A stretch of 64,000 nucleotides of DNA from Octopus vulgaris (lineage: Eukaryota): positions 81,468,001 to 81,532,000 of the forward strand of contig OX597823.1 of assembly GCA_951406725.2 (NCBI GenBank). The letters run 5' to 3'. Below, piece by piece: positions 1 through 12,526 of the stretch. Position 1 is the first letter of the stretch. Every line of letters begins with the position of its first letter. The position numbers and the translations under genes are program-made. The notes under the pieces are model-generated. The model was not told the origin of the DNA and made no database searches. It saw only the letters and a program-made list of their open reading frames with translations.

Positions 1-223
1 GTATTCAACTGATGCTTATTTTATCAGCCCTGGAAAGATGAAAGGCAAAGTTGACCTCAGCAGAATTTGAACTGAGAAATAAGGATGGATGAAATGCCAC
101 TAAGCATTTTACCTGGTTTTCTAATGATTCTGCTTGCTTGCCACCTTAATAAGAGTATATATATTAAAATAGAAATAATACATTTCTAAATATCTCAGAG
201 AGATTTATGCAGTAGTAGTACAA

Positions 224-339
224 TAAAGTAGTTGTATACTGTCAACTTAAATGTGACAGTCCCATGAAGGGCTAAATAACAGTAGTATTATTCCTTTCAT
301 GGGTCTGACACATTAAGTTGACAGTATACAACTACTTTA
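224..339. repeat. Near-perfect ~115-bp palindrome (fold-back MITE or hairpin)
   Basis: taaagtagttgtatactgtcaacttaa...ttaagttgacagtatacaactacttta, with inner cccatgaaggg/cctttcatggg pairing. Confidence 0.8.
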
Positions 340-662
340 GTATATATATTGAACTGGCAAAAAGGTAGCCATCTTGTAGAATATATCAGCCTGTCAGACA
401 AAATGCTCAGCAGCATTTCCTCTGGCTCTTTACGTTCTGAGTTCAAATCCTGCTGAGGTCAATTTTCCTTTCATCTCTTCAAGGTTGATAAAATAAGTAC
501 CAGTCATGTACTGAGGTTGATGTGATTGACTTGTCCCATCCCCTCAAAACTGTGTGCTTTGAACCCTGCATCGGACCAGTGTCTGTTTCAGAAGGAATGT
601 TGTGATTGCAGTCACTTATACGCTGTGGAAAGTGGGTAACTGACTTTATGAGTCCTACTGCT

Positions 663-1037
663 TGATTGTGTGGTAGAAAGTATACTTCTAAACTGCATGG
701 TTCTGGGTTCAGTCCTACTGTATGGCACCCCGTGCAAGTGTCTTCTATTATAGCCTTGGGCCAATCAAAGCCTTGTGAGTGGATTTGGTACACGGAAACT
801 GAAAGAAGCCTGTCGTATATATGTATGTGTGTATATGTTTGTGTCTGTGTTTGTCCCCCCAACATCACTTGACAACCAATGCTGGAGTGTTTACGTCACT
901 GTAACATAGCGGTTCAGCAAAAGAGACCGATAGAATAAGTTCTAGGATTACGAAAATTAAGTCCTGGGGTAGATTTGCTCGACTAAAGGCGGTGCTCTAG
1001 CATGGCTGCAGTCAAATGACTGAAGCAAGTAAAAGAG
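663..1037 (+). mobile_element. tRNA-derived SINE, family A (internal microsatellite, AGTAAAAG tail)
   Basis: Matches about 20 other copies in the window: B box ggttcagtcc, body gccttgtgagtggatttgg, tail gcaagtaaaagag. Confidence 0.85.
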
Positions 1038-1292
1038 TGTGTGTGTGTGTGTGTCTTTGAGTTTGTCCCTCACCACTGCTTGATCCTGTAACTTAGCAGT
1101 TTGGAAAAAGAGATGAATAAAATAAGTACTGGGCTTAAAAAATCACTTCTAGGTTCAATCCATTTGACAGTACCACAGTATGGCCACAGTCTAATGAGCA
1201 ATACAAGTAAAAGAATAAATGTACATTTTAAAAATATTTTTTCATGACTAGCATGCATCAGTGATGTAATTTTCTCATTTTAGACTGGAATC

Positions 1293-1832
1293 AATTAAAC
1301 TGGCCATATCTGGCCTAAATATTTTACCTGATTTGTGTTGAAAACGGCTAGATTTGGCTTTGCACACCTACTCTGTAATGTCATTCTAAAAATAAATATT
1401 CATATCATGAAAATCTTAAAGCATTGAGATAATACATGATTAACACATAAAATGTGATAGGCCACAAATGTGGCTGTCAGGCACAGGTTGACAGGCCACG
1501 ATTGTGGCCCAGATAGATGCATTTAATTCATGGGCGTTTGTTGGGGTCTAATGTCACTCAAACGCTCCGATACCCCACCAGAATGCAAGAGGACTAATAG
1601 TTCAACTAATGACTTTTCAGATGATGTAAAACTTGTCGCCGTTATTTACTAAGAAGATATTTTAACTATTTTTTTTGTTTTTTATGTGTGCATGGTAGTC
1701 TCATTTTCATAAAATGTGCTCAGCAGTCCATGCTATGTAAATGCAAATCCCAGTGCTTTATGGGTTAATTAAAAACAATTTGAATAAATAAGCATTACAT
1801 TTGACAGAGTAATCTGAAGGCTAAAGGGTTAA
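1293..1832 (+). mobile_element. TTAA-type (piggyBac-like) MITE carrying a second nested TTAA MITE at 1444-1764
   Basis: Outer element ends ctaaaggg|ttaa and matches copies at 19876-20060, 23354-23530 and 35810-36037. Inner element is bounded by TTAA at 1440-1443 and 1765-1768 with cacataaa/tttatggg ends. Confidence 0.7.
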
Positions 1833-1877
1833 GTAATAACTTTTAAACAATTGAGTTAGAACATCACTCCACCAGCA

Positions 1878-2069
1878 TACTCTCTTTTACTTGTTCCAGT
1901 CATTTGACTGTGGCCATGCTGGAGCACTGCCTTTAGTCAAGAAAATCGACCCCAGGACTTATTCTTTGAAAGCCTAGTACTTATTCTATCGGTCTCTTTT
2001 GCTGAACCGCTAAATTACGGGGACGTAAACACACCAGCATCGGTTGTCATGCAATGTTGGGGGGGACAA

Positions 2070-2115
<46 letters not shown>

Positions 2116-2272
2116 GGCTTCTTTCAGTTTCCATCTACCAAATCCACTCACAAGGCTTTGGTCAGCCCAAGGCTATAGTAGAAGACACTTACCCAAGGTG
2201 CCATGCAGTGGGAATGAACCCGGAACCATGTGGTTGGTAAGCAAGCTACTTACCACACAGCCACTCCTGCGC
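1878..2272 (-). mobile_element. SINE family A, full length
   Basis: Minus-strand head gcgcaggagtggctgtgtggtaag (A box) and ggttccgggttcattccc (B box), internal (TA)n, tail gtaaaagag. Confidence 0.9.
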
Positions 2273-2711
2273 ATGTTAACGGAAATTACAATAATCACTG
2301 GAGGTATTCACAATACACAAAGTGTTTTATCAACTGGGGCAACGAAGTGACTTGGAGACTACTGCCTTTGGCATCTTCGTTTTCATAGATTTGTTGACAT
2401 GCTTATCTTAGTTTTACATTAGAATTTATTGCGAACCCATGAATATTTTACCCTGATTGTTTGTATGAAATTTTCACAGTTTACACAAGTAAATATAGTA
2501 ACCTTTTCATTGAAATTAGATGTGTTTATATATTGTTTATTTATTCTTCTATCCTTTTACGTGTTTCAGTCGTTGGACTGTGGCCATGCTGGGGTAATTT
2601 GAACCTCAGCATTTACGACTTTTTGTTTTTTGTGTGTAGTGCTTTTCCAATGGAGACACAAGCAAGCTAGCATCGATTGTCAAGTGGTGGGCGACAAACA
2701 CAAAAACATAA

Positions 2712-3089
2712 CTCTCTTGTACTTGTTGCAGTCATTTGACTGGCCATACTGGAGCACTGCCTTTAGTCGAGCAAATTGACCTTAGTCTTTGTAAGCCTAG
2801 TACTTATTCTATTGGTCTCTTTTGCTTAACCGCTAGGTTATGGGGACATAAACACACCAGCTTCGGTTGTCAAGCGATGTTGGGAGGACAAACATAAACA
2901 CACATATATATACATATACATATATACGACAGGCTTCTTTCAGTTTCCGTCTACCAAATCTACTCACAAGGCTTTGTTTGGCCCGAAGCTATAGTAGAAG
3001 ACACTTGCCCAAGGTGCCATGCAGTGGGACTGAACCCGGAACCATGTGGTTGGTAAGCAAGCTACTTATCACACAGCCACTCCTGCGCC
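2712..3089 (-). mobile_element. SINE family A, full length
   Basis: Same head, body and tail as 1878-2272. Confidence 0.9.
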
Positions 3090-3594
3090 ACACATACATA
3101 TGTATCTGTGTGTATGTTTACGTATGTGTGTACACACACACACACACAAGTTTCCACACAGTTTCTGGCTATGTAAAGCAATTTTTATCATACAAGCCAC
3201 TGACAGAGCCTCTGCATAGTTGTCCAACAAGTTAGAAACAGTACCCATATCTTCCTCAAATCATTCAGTACCAGCTTAAAAAATCATGTACTCACTGGAT
3301 AGTGCAGTCTTAAACATAATATGCTTAAAAAACACCACCAAAAGATAGAAGAATAACATAGCTGGAACAATGTTAATCACAGATCTACCCATTCAGTGCT
3401 AACTGAAATGGTTGAATAACAATTCAGATGGTTATGTGAAACTGCATAAGACTGTGGTCAATCCCTGGCTGGAGGGGGCTGCTGCTGGAAGGCCATGTAT
3501 AGCAGGAGCATTCAGTTCCTTACTATACCTCTGGAAAGAGTCAGAAGCAGTTGTCAGAGAATTTCTACGACTTCACCAACCCCAGTCTCTGGTC

Positions 3595-4140
3595 TGGTGA
3601 CTGGCGTCCGTGCTAGCAGGGTGCAAAGAGCACCTTACGAGCATGATCATTGACAGAGCGGCTAACTGGCTTCCATGCCAGTGGCACTTAAAAGGCACCA
3701 TTCGAGCGTGATCGTTACCAGCATTGCCTTCCTGGCACTTGTGCCTGTGCTAGTAGGGTGCCAAGAGCACCATCCAAGCATGATCATTGCCAGAGCAACC
3801 AACTGGCTTCAGTGCCTGTGGCACGTAAAAGGGCATCATTCGAGCATGATCGTTACCAATGTCGCCTTACTGGCACCTGTGCTGGTGGCATGTGTAAAAA
3901 GATTCAAGCAAGGTCGTTGCCAGTACCGCCTGACTGGCCCCCGTGCCGGTGGCATGTAAAAAGCACCCACTACACTCTCGGAATGGTTGGCGTTAGGAAG
4001 GGCATCCAGCTGTAGAAACTCTGCCAAATCAAGATTGGAGCCTGGTGCAGCCAACTGGTTCGCCAGCCCTCAGTCAAAATCGTCCAACCCATGCTAGCAT
4101 GGAAAGCGGACGTTAAACGATGATGATGATGATGAAGATG
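3595..4140 (+). mobile_element. RTE-clade LINE 3' UTR with six ~65-bp tandem units and (GAT)n tail
   Basis: Tail ...ggttggcgttaggaagggcatccagctgtagaaac...gacgttaaacgatgatgat is the same one that follows RTE ORF ends at 57228-57717 and 24597-25083. Confidence 0.8.
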
Positions 4141-4457
4141 TAATTCCATGGATTACAGTATGTGAGCACAGCTGAGAAAGACACCAACTGCTCTGCCTGA
4201 AACACCAAGGTTGAGCTAGAGGCCTAGATCAAGGAGGTATTAGAATATCTTCCCAAGGTCAAAATAAAGAATACATACACCAGGTTCTGGAGCTGTCTTT
4301 GGGGCTTGGTGGAAGCTGGAGGTGGCTATTTTGAGTAAACTGTTATCTCTTAGCCACAATCCAGTTGACATTTTTTAATTTTTAAAAATTTTTGGATGGG
4401 GCATTGTATTTTCTTTTCTGTATATGGAAACTGTCAAATTTAGTTTGAACACCCTGT

Positions 4458-4525
<68 letters not shown>

Positions 4526-5525
4526 ATGGATGGATGGGTAGATGAATGCATGGACAGATGGTGCTATGCATGTGTGTGTATTCTGAGATTTTTCGATAAA
4601 TTTTGACAGTAATAATTCTTTTTTGGAACGGTGGATCTCAAAGGAAATAAAGTTATATATATATATATATAAAACATTGCATATGTAATAGCATCTAAAT
4701 ATTGGGTTAAAAGTCTCTTTGGATAAAAAAGCCTGTCACTTTTTATAGGAGATGAGAGTTTGTGTCCCACAAGAGCCTTTAACTTTTTCTGTCGAAAGAA
4801 TTTTTTAACTCAACATTGACACCATATTATTTGCAACTTTATTTACTTTGAGATCCACCATTTCAAATAAGAATTATGTATATATATATGTATATATCAT
4901 AATCTGTGTGAATGAATGATATAATTATCATTTTTGTTTATTTTTTTATTAAAAAAATTGTTTTTGTTTCCATTTGTAGATTTATTTATGGCTGGTGGCT
5001 TGTAAATAATTGTGAAAAGATTGAGTTAATTAAGTGTTGTACTAGTAGTTCATGAGTCATTAGTTAAATTTAGTGCAAGTAATTTGTGGTAGACTTTGTA
5101 AAGGATGCTAAACTCTAAAGTATCTTTGAGTTCATCTAAGTTTTGGAAATTAATACCAGATCAGGAAATGTCACTTGCAATTGAGAAGAAGATTTATCTC
5201 TTAGCAGAGAGATAAGTACTTAAATTTTAAGTACTACTCTTTATCATCCTTCAGAGTTTTAAGATTTAAAAAAACGACAAACAAACAAAAAAAATGAAGT
5301 GTAGAATTGGAAACAGTTGTTAAAAAGATTTTTATTAGGTTGACCTAAATTGTAACTTTTCTCAGTGAAGGTAACTCATAAATGCTCCTTCACCCTCAAC
5401 AGCAATCTATAGCGCCCTCCACTCCGCTGGACCCCCATCCCACTGTCAGAGCAACCAGCTCTATCTTGTCTTACTTTAACAGCTTATCTTCTTATAAAAC
5501 CCATTGACCTATTAAAACCTTCTCT

Positions 5526-5968
5526 AACCCTTTTGACACCAACCTGCAAAATGAGATTACCTCTGGTTCCCTAATAGAAATTTCCTGTTTTGAAGTGAGC
5601 TAAATTAAAACCTTCCATCAAGATTCCATTTTAATTTATGTCCCATATAAGGCTTTGAGCTGGCAGAATCATTAGCATGTTGGACAAAATGCTTAGCAAT
5701 ATTTCTTCTGTCTTTACATTCTGAGTTCAAATTCTGCCAAGGTCGACTTTGCTTTTTATTTTTTGGGGTGGTCAATAAAACAAGTACCAGTTGAATACTG
5801 GGGTCGATGTAATCGACTTACCCTCCTCTAGAATTGTTGGCCTCATGCCAGAATTTGAAACCAGTTTATGTCTCATATACATATTTGACTAAATTCTTCA
5901 TTATTTTTTCAATTAGTTGAAATAAAGTCAGTGTATTTCAACAGGAATATGGCAATAAAAGAGTTAAC
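5526..5968 (+). mobile_element. TTAA-type MITE interrupted by a family B SINE (about 5652-5862); a second partial MITE copy follows at 5964-6140
   Basis: taacccttttgacacc...aaaagagttaa ends; similar to the MITE at 19345-19564; SINE B motif inside. Confidence 0.55.
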
Positions 5969-6836
5969 CTTTTGGTCACCAACCTACCTGAAACTGCACT
6001 TGGTTCCATGATAGAGTCTTTCTGTTTTGAAGTGATCTATATTTAAACCTTCCCTCAAGATTCCATTTTTATTTATGTTCCATATACCTATTTGATTAAA
6101 TTCTTTATTATTTCTAATATCAGAATCATTAACACACCAGTGAAAATGCATATTGGCTTTTTGTCCATCTTTACATTCTGAATTCAAATTCTGCTGAGGT
6201 TAACTTTGCCTTTCATCCTTCCAAGGTCAATAAAACATTACTGACTTCCCTGCTCCCTTGAAATTGCTGGTCTTGTGCCAAAATTTGAAACTATTATGAT
6301 TTAAAACAGTTACCCTTATAGTAGGAACTTTATATTACTATGATTCTTTGTCAGAAAATAAACCCAGAAAACACATTACATGAATTTCTTCCAGGCTGCA
6401 ATTAATTTCCAGCAATTAAAATGTTTGATAAATATATCTTAGGTTTTGTCATGCTGATGGTTTCTAAAAAGAATGAAATAGTGCTATACAGGATTACTAC
6501 AGACTAGAAATTCAAAGAACTTCATGATAAATAAAGTGAAGGTGTGGCTGTGTGATAAGAAGTTTGCTTTCTAATTACATGGTTTCAGGTTCAGTCCCAC
6601 TGTGTTACCCTTTGGACAAGTGCCTTCTACTATTGCTTCAGGCCAACCAAAATCTCTTGAGTTGATTTGGTACTTAGAAACTGAAACAAGTTTGTTGTGT
6701 GTGTGTGTGTGTGTTTATGTCTTTGTGTCTCTGTTCGTCTGCTAGCACTGCTTGACAACCAGTGTTGCTGTGTTTATATCCCCATAACTTAATAGTTTAG
6801 CAAAAGAGAGTGTGTATGTGTATGCATGTATATATA

Positions 6837-7067
6837 AGGCGGCGAGCTGGTAGAAACGTTAGCACGCCGGGCGAAATTCGTAGCCGTATTTCGTCTGTCG
6901 TTACGTTCCGAGTTCAAATTCCGCCGAGGTCGACTTTGCCTTTCATCCTTTCGGGGTCGATAAATTAAGTACCAGTTACGCACTGGGGTCGATGTAGTCG
7001 ACTTAATCCCTTTGTCTGTCCTTGTTTGTCCCCTCTGTGTTTAGCCCCTTGTGGGTAGTAAAGAAAT
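6837..7067 (+). mobile_element. SINE family B, young full-length copy inserted within an older family A copy
   Basis: Head ggcggcgagctggtagaaacgttag, B box gagttcaaattcc, central gtcgactttgcctttcatcctttcggggtcgataaattaagtaccag, tail gtagtaaagaaata; CpGs retained. Confidence 0.88.
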
Positions 7068-7987
7068 ATATATATATATGAGTATATGTGCATGTGTGTA
7101 TATATATGTATATATATATATATATGTTTATATACACATGTATATAGATATAGATATATATGCATGTATATATGTTTCCTTGTGTTTGCATTTATCCCCA
7201 AACCTACCTATCCTTCCTTTGATAACCAATGTTGGTTTGTTTATGTCCCTGTAACTTTGTTGTTTGGCAAAAGAGCCTGCTGGTATAAGTACTAGTCTCT
7301 AAAACAGATACTGGGGTTGATTGAGCCCTTTCAGGTGGTGCCACAGCATGGCCATAATCCAGTAATTGAAACAAGTGAAAATAAAAGAAAGATAAATATT
7401 TGGAAAAAAAAAACCTTTGCCGAGATACCAAGTTGTGGCTTCTCCATACATTTTATTCTCCAGCTTCTGGCATTAAAAATAATTACCACCAAGCCCATTA
7501 ATATCCACATAAAGAAACATGAACATCAAAAATTCTGACATTTAATTAAGTATTTACCAGTTAATTAGAACTATAAGTACAAGTTCTTATTTGGTCATTG
7601 TAATCGACACACTTAATTACCAAACGATGAGAATGAAATCTTGTAGATCGGTGATTAATTCAAATTCTAATTTCTCTTCTCTTGAACCAATCATATTTGC
7701 AAAACTTTTCTTGTTCTGTTGAAATGACAAATGTTAGAGAATAAGTAGTAAGCACCCGATAAACCGAATATCTGACCTAGATTCAATTCTTCTTTCAAAC
7801 CCTGAAACCAGTAGAGATATTTTATCCTTAAATCTCTGATGAAAAGAGCATGACTCATTTACTCCAGTTTGTGGGGTAAATATTTTTCGTCATATGAAGA
7901 GCTTACTTTCAAAACTAGATATATGCATCAGAATGCCTTTCAAGTAATTGTTTCAAACAACAACTTGAATATATCTGATTTTGATTT

Positions 7988-8183
7988 TAGCATGCCGGGC
8001 GAAATGCGTAGCCGTATTTCGTCTGCCATTACGTTCTGGGTTCAAATTCCGCTGAGGTCAACTTTGCCTTTCATCCTTTCAGGGTCGATAAAATTAAGTA
8101 CCAGTTAAGCACTGGGGTTGATGTAATCGACTTAATTTCGTCTGTCTGTCCTTGTTTGTCCCCTCTATGTTTAGCCCCTTGTG
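7988..8183 (+). mobile_element. SINE family B, 5'-truncated
   Basis: High similarity to 6837-7067. Confidence 0.85.
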
Positions 8184-8692
8184 ATTAGAATATTAAGCTC
8201 CGCCTACTGTCTAAATGGCATCTATCCCAGATTGACAGTAAAAAATTTCATGTTCATGAAGCCAGCAGCTTGCAGATTGTGTTTTAATGGTTATCATAAA
8301 ATCAACCAAATATGCACTTATACCGGTTTCGAAAGTAGGCTCTTCATATTATTTTATGAGGGGATATAGCTGTAGATGAGGTAGAGGGTGGGGGGTGGTG
8401 GCTAATTGCGTACAAGCATATCCTCTATCTTTTATCTTCCACTTGTTTCAGCCATTAGACTGCAGGCATGCTGTGGCACCACCTTGAAGAATTTTTAGTT
8501 GAATGAATTGGCACCAGTGTTTATTTTTGCTTTTTAAACCCGACACTTATTCTATCAGACACTAATGCTGAACTACTAATTTAGAGGGACATAAACACAC
8601 CAACACTGGTTGCCAAGTGGTGTTCAGGGACAAACACAGACACAAAGACACACACATACACATACATTATACATACATATATATATGATATA

Positions 8693-8752
<60 letters not shown>

Positions 8753-9094
8753 AGAAGATTGAAAAGGAACACATGAGATGATATATATGGAAAGGAAGTC
8801 AAAATAGAAAATGCTAAAATAATTTTATAAAAAACATTTCAGTACCAGTTTCAGTCATTGAGACTTTTTCAACTGTAAGTATAGAAAACAATTAAATTTT
8901 GGAAAAATTAAAAAAAAAGTTTTTTAAAGGAATATTTGCATAGTATTCAAATACAAGGGGCATTTTCCCTGTTTCTGCCTGTCTCTGAGACAGATTTCAT
9001 TCTCATCGTTTGGTAATTGGAATCAAGGGGATCTGGATCTGTAGGGAAAAAATGGTTGAGAACCACTTCGCTACACTAAATGCAACATTCTGAG

Positions 9095-9680
9095 ATCAGA
9101 ATACTTCCTATCTCATGTTTTCTTGTCTCCTTCTGCTGCAGGTTCAATTCATTTTAAGATCTTGGCACTTCCTTATGCAGCAGTCCTTTGTCAAATGCCT
9201 CAGAAACCTATACTAGCACAGTCTTCTCTCTCACACTCTACAACTGATTCTTGTTACATCCAGTTATTCTTTCAATTCTGATGTTTATGCCCACTAACAT
9301 TACACATCCTGTAGAGCACACTTACTACATTTCTATCTAGTTTTTGCAAATATCCTGCATTCAACGCCCAAGTCTCACTACCTATTTCTTTACTACCCAC
9401 AAAGGGCTAAACACAAAGGGGACAAACAAGGACAGACAAACGAATTAAGTCGGTTATATTGACCCCAGTGCGTAACTGGTACTTATTTAATCGACCCTGA
9501 AAGTATGAAAGGCAAAGTCGACCTCGGCAGAATTTGATCTCAGAACATAACGACAGACAGAATACAGATACGCATTTTGCCCGGCGTGCTAATGGTTTTG
9601 TCAGCTCGCCCTCACTACCACGTAGTCTTGTAGCTCAAACACAAGCAACAGAGGTCAGGTTCTGAAGTTAGTGGCAGTGA
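9095..9680 (-). pseudogene. Degenerate RTE LINE ORF fragment (post-RT region), split by a SINE
   Basis: Minus strand reads ...GSETWALNAGYLQKLDRN...RMCNV...ERRL...IRKC..., typical of RTE C-terminal sequence, with stops. Confidence 0.7.
9383..9610 (-). mobile_element. SINE family B with 9-bp target site duplication
   Basis: ctcactacc repeated at 9374-9382 and 9611-9619. Confidence 0.88.
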
Positions 9681-10078
9681 GCACATAAAGCAAAAGACAC
9701 TGTGACACATACCAAGCAATTTTACAGTCATTTCTCTTATATTACACAAAATATTTAATTAGTTATAATATACGTAATTGTCTTCTACATCCATTAATTC
9801 CATGTTTCAGTAACAATTTCATTAAGTATGAAGTTTACAATTAGTGATATAGGTGTGATGTGAAAAAGACAAAACTCCATGGGATTGTCTGGTGTCAGAG
9901 TTTGTGTTGGTTCTTCTGATATCAGCAGCCACCATCATATCACAAGAGATTGAGCAGACAGTTCAGGAACACAAGAGGCTGGTCAAATAAAGTAATGACT
10001 GCAGAAAGTTCTTCCAAGGCCATAAGATTAACAAAAAGGAAAAAAAGGGATTTTACTTTTACTGCAAAAGTGAACATA

Positions 10079-10242
10079 GGTGCAGGAGTGGCTGTGTGGT
10101 CAGTAGCTTGCTTACCAACCACATGGATCCGGGTTCAGTCCCACTGCATGGCACCTTGAGCAAGTGTCTTCTACTATATAGCCTCGGGCCAACCAAAGCC
10201 TTGTGAGTGGATTCGGTAGACGGAAACTGAAAGAAGCCTGTC

Positions 10243-10276
<34 letters not shown>

Positions 10277-10510
10277 TTGTGTGTGTTTGTGTATGTATGT
10301 ATATGTTTGTATGTCTGTGTTTGTCCCCCCAACATCACTCGACAACCGATGCTGGTGTGTTTACATCCCTGTCTCTTAGTGGTTCGGCAAAAGAGACCGA
10401 TAGAATAAATACTAGGCTTACAAAGAATAAGTTCTGGGGTCGATTTGCTCGACTAAAGGCGGTGCTCCAGTATGGCCTCAGTCAAATAACTGAAACAAGT
10501 AAAAGAGTAA
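10079..10510 (+). mobile_element. SINE family A, full length
   Basis: ggtgcaggagtggctgtgtgg head, (TA)n, gaaacaagtaaaagagtaa tail. Confidence 0.9.
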
Positions 10511-11084
10511 GTTTAAAGTGATTTCTATTGTGCTACAAACCATTTACCAATTCTGTACTTCACCCCTCCCCTCTATGCCCTAAGCCCTCTCTTATTTTGT
10601 TTAATGGTTAATCCATCTGTGCTTGTACCCCATATACAGCTGAGTGAACTGGGGCAACATGAAATAAATTGTTTTGCTCAAGAACACAGTATGCCACCCC
10701 GGTCTGGGAATCAAAACCATGATTAGTTGTAAGTGCAAACACTAGATAACATGCCTTCACTGCTAATACTTTCAGACATTATAAAACTATAGGACATTAC
10801 ATGTGTATTTATGAAAGTGAATTGGCTGTTTCTTTTTCTCTGGCTGGAATTTTTTCAAAGTGGAAAACACTGGTTCATGAGAACTGGTTTATCAAAGTTA
10901 AGGTGACACCAGCCAGTGTGACTTAGCAGCTGCTTAGCTTTGCTGAATACCAGCTAAATGCTTGAGTAACTGACCTACTTAGAATATGTGACCTGCTTAT
11001 CATTTAGCTCTACTGTAACTATGAAAATGTACTATATCTATATATATGCAGTAATTCCACTCTACTCTTTTTACATCTAATTTC

Positions 11085-11099
11085 ACACACATACACCGT

Positions 11100-11135
<36 letters not shown>

Positions 11136-11207
11136 CACACACAGACACACACAGACACACACACCATTACCCCCCCCCCACACACAAACACACACCATCA
11201 CACACAT

Positions 11208-11243
<36 letters not shown>

Positions 11244-11645
11244 ACACTCACACACACACACCCACACACCCACACATATACACACAGAATCACACATTCA
11301 TGTATAGCTAAATCCATATACACATTTGCCTAAGATGGATATATATAGTTGTATTTGTGTGTTTGTGCTTGTATGTGTGCTGTGTGTGCATGTGTGTGTG
11401 TGTGTATGTGTGTTTATTTCTGTGCATATATTAGTGTTTGTATTTGTATGTATTTGTGTGTGCTTATGTGTGTGTACATGTACATGTGTGTTTCCATTTG
11501 TGTAAACATGTTTGTATATGTGTGTGTGTGACTGTGTGTTTGTGTATGTTTGTATTTGTGTGCTTGCATGTATATGTGTGTGTATCTGTGTGTGTGTGTG
11601 CGTGGTATGTCTTGCATATGTGGTATGTGCATTATGTATATGTAA
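11085..11645. repeat. Degenerate (CA)n tract followed by a degenerate (TG)n tract
   Basis: Direct reading. Confidence 0.85.
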
Positions 11646-12049
11646 AGCGAATACATTCATTTACTGTATCACTCTACTTCATTTATTCCGTCCAAATTAT
11701 TTTGGTATTCACCAGCCTGAAATTGTGTGTTTTTCTTTTTTTATTGTTATTATGCTAATGTTAACTATTCTAGATTGAAACCGGAATTTGATAACATAGT
11801 CTAGTCAATTATTTCTGAAAAGAACTTTCCATTAAACTATTTGTTCATGTGGCAAATATTTCATAGAAAATTCTAAACTGACATTATATTTAAAGAGAGA
11901 AAAGTTAAATATGTTTGTTGGTTTGATTTGATTTCATTAGATTATTTCAGTTGCTATTTTATTTTTGCAAGAAAAGTATAAACCCGCACGCCCACACACA
12001 CACACACCTTCCTCTCCACACACACATCTTCCCCTCCACACACACACAC

Positions 12050-12235
12050 ACACGGTTCGAAATGATGCCGCAAACAAAAGACGGAGACAGATGAGAGAAC
12101 AACAACCAGGGTGTAGTAGTTTGACGCACAGGAAGAATGGAAGAAATCTTCGATATTTCAAGCCTACACTCTCCTTCAGAAAGAAATGAGGAGAGAGGAA
12201 AGAGGAAAATAAAAAAAATGGAAAGAAAAAGAACA
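12050..12235 (-). mobile_element. Penelope-like terminal repeat fragment with a degenerate minimal hammerhead
   Basis: Minus strand tttCTGAAGGAgagtgtaggcttGAAAtaTCgaag; a related copy lies at 28510-28680. Confidence 0.45.
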
Positions 12236-12526
12236 TTATAGTTACATCATCACTGGGTCAATGATGTAACTGAGGTTACGTCACACACATTGATGTAACC
12301 ATGATCTTCTGTTGATCTGATGAGCAAGCTTTCTTCATCTGCATTAATTTGTAAATTAAATTTGTAATTTATAATGTAGCATGCATATTAATGCAAATAT
12401 ATAAACACAATTTATTATACTCTGAGATTATTATTATATGAACAAGGCTGTGAAACAGCTGTAATCCTTGCAATAGCAAGTGGTTAACTAAGTATATTCA
12501 CCTCTCATACCTTCTGACGTTATATA

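Noticed and set aside
3601-3968. CRISPR-like appearance of the ~65-bp array
   Set aside because: Units are homologous along their length with only short variable loops, sit in a eukaryotic LINE tail, and there are no cas genes.
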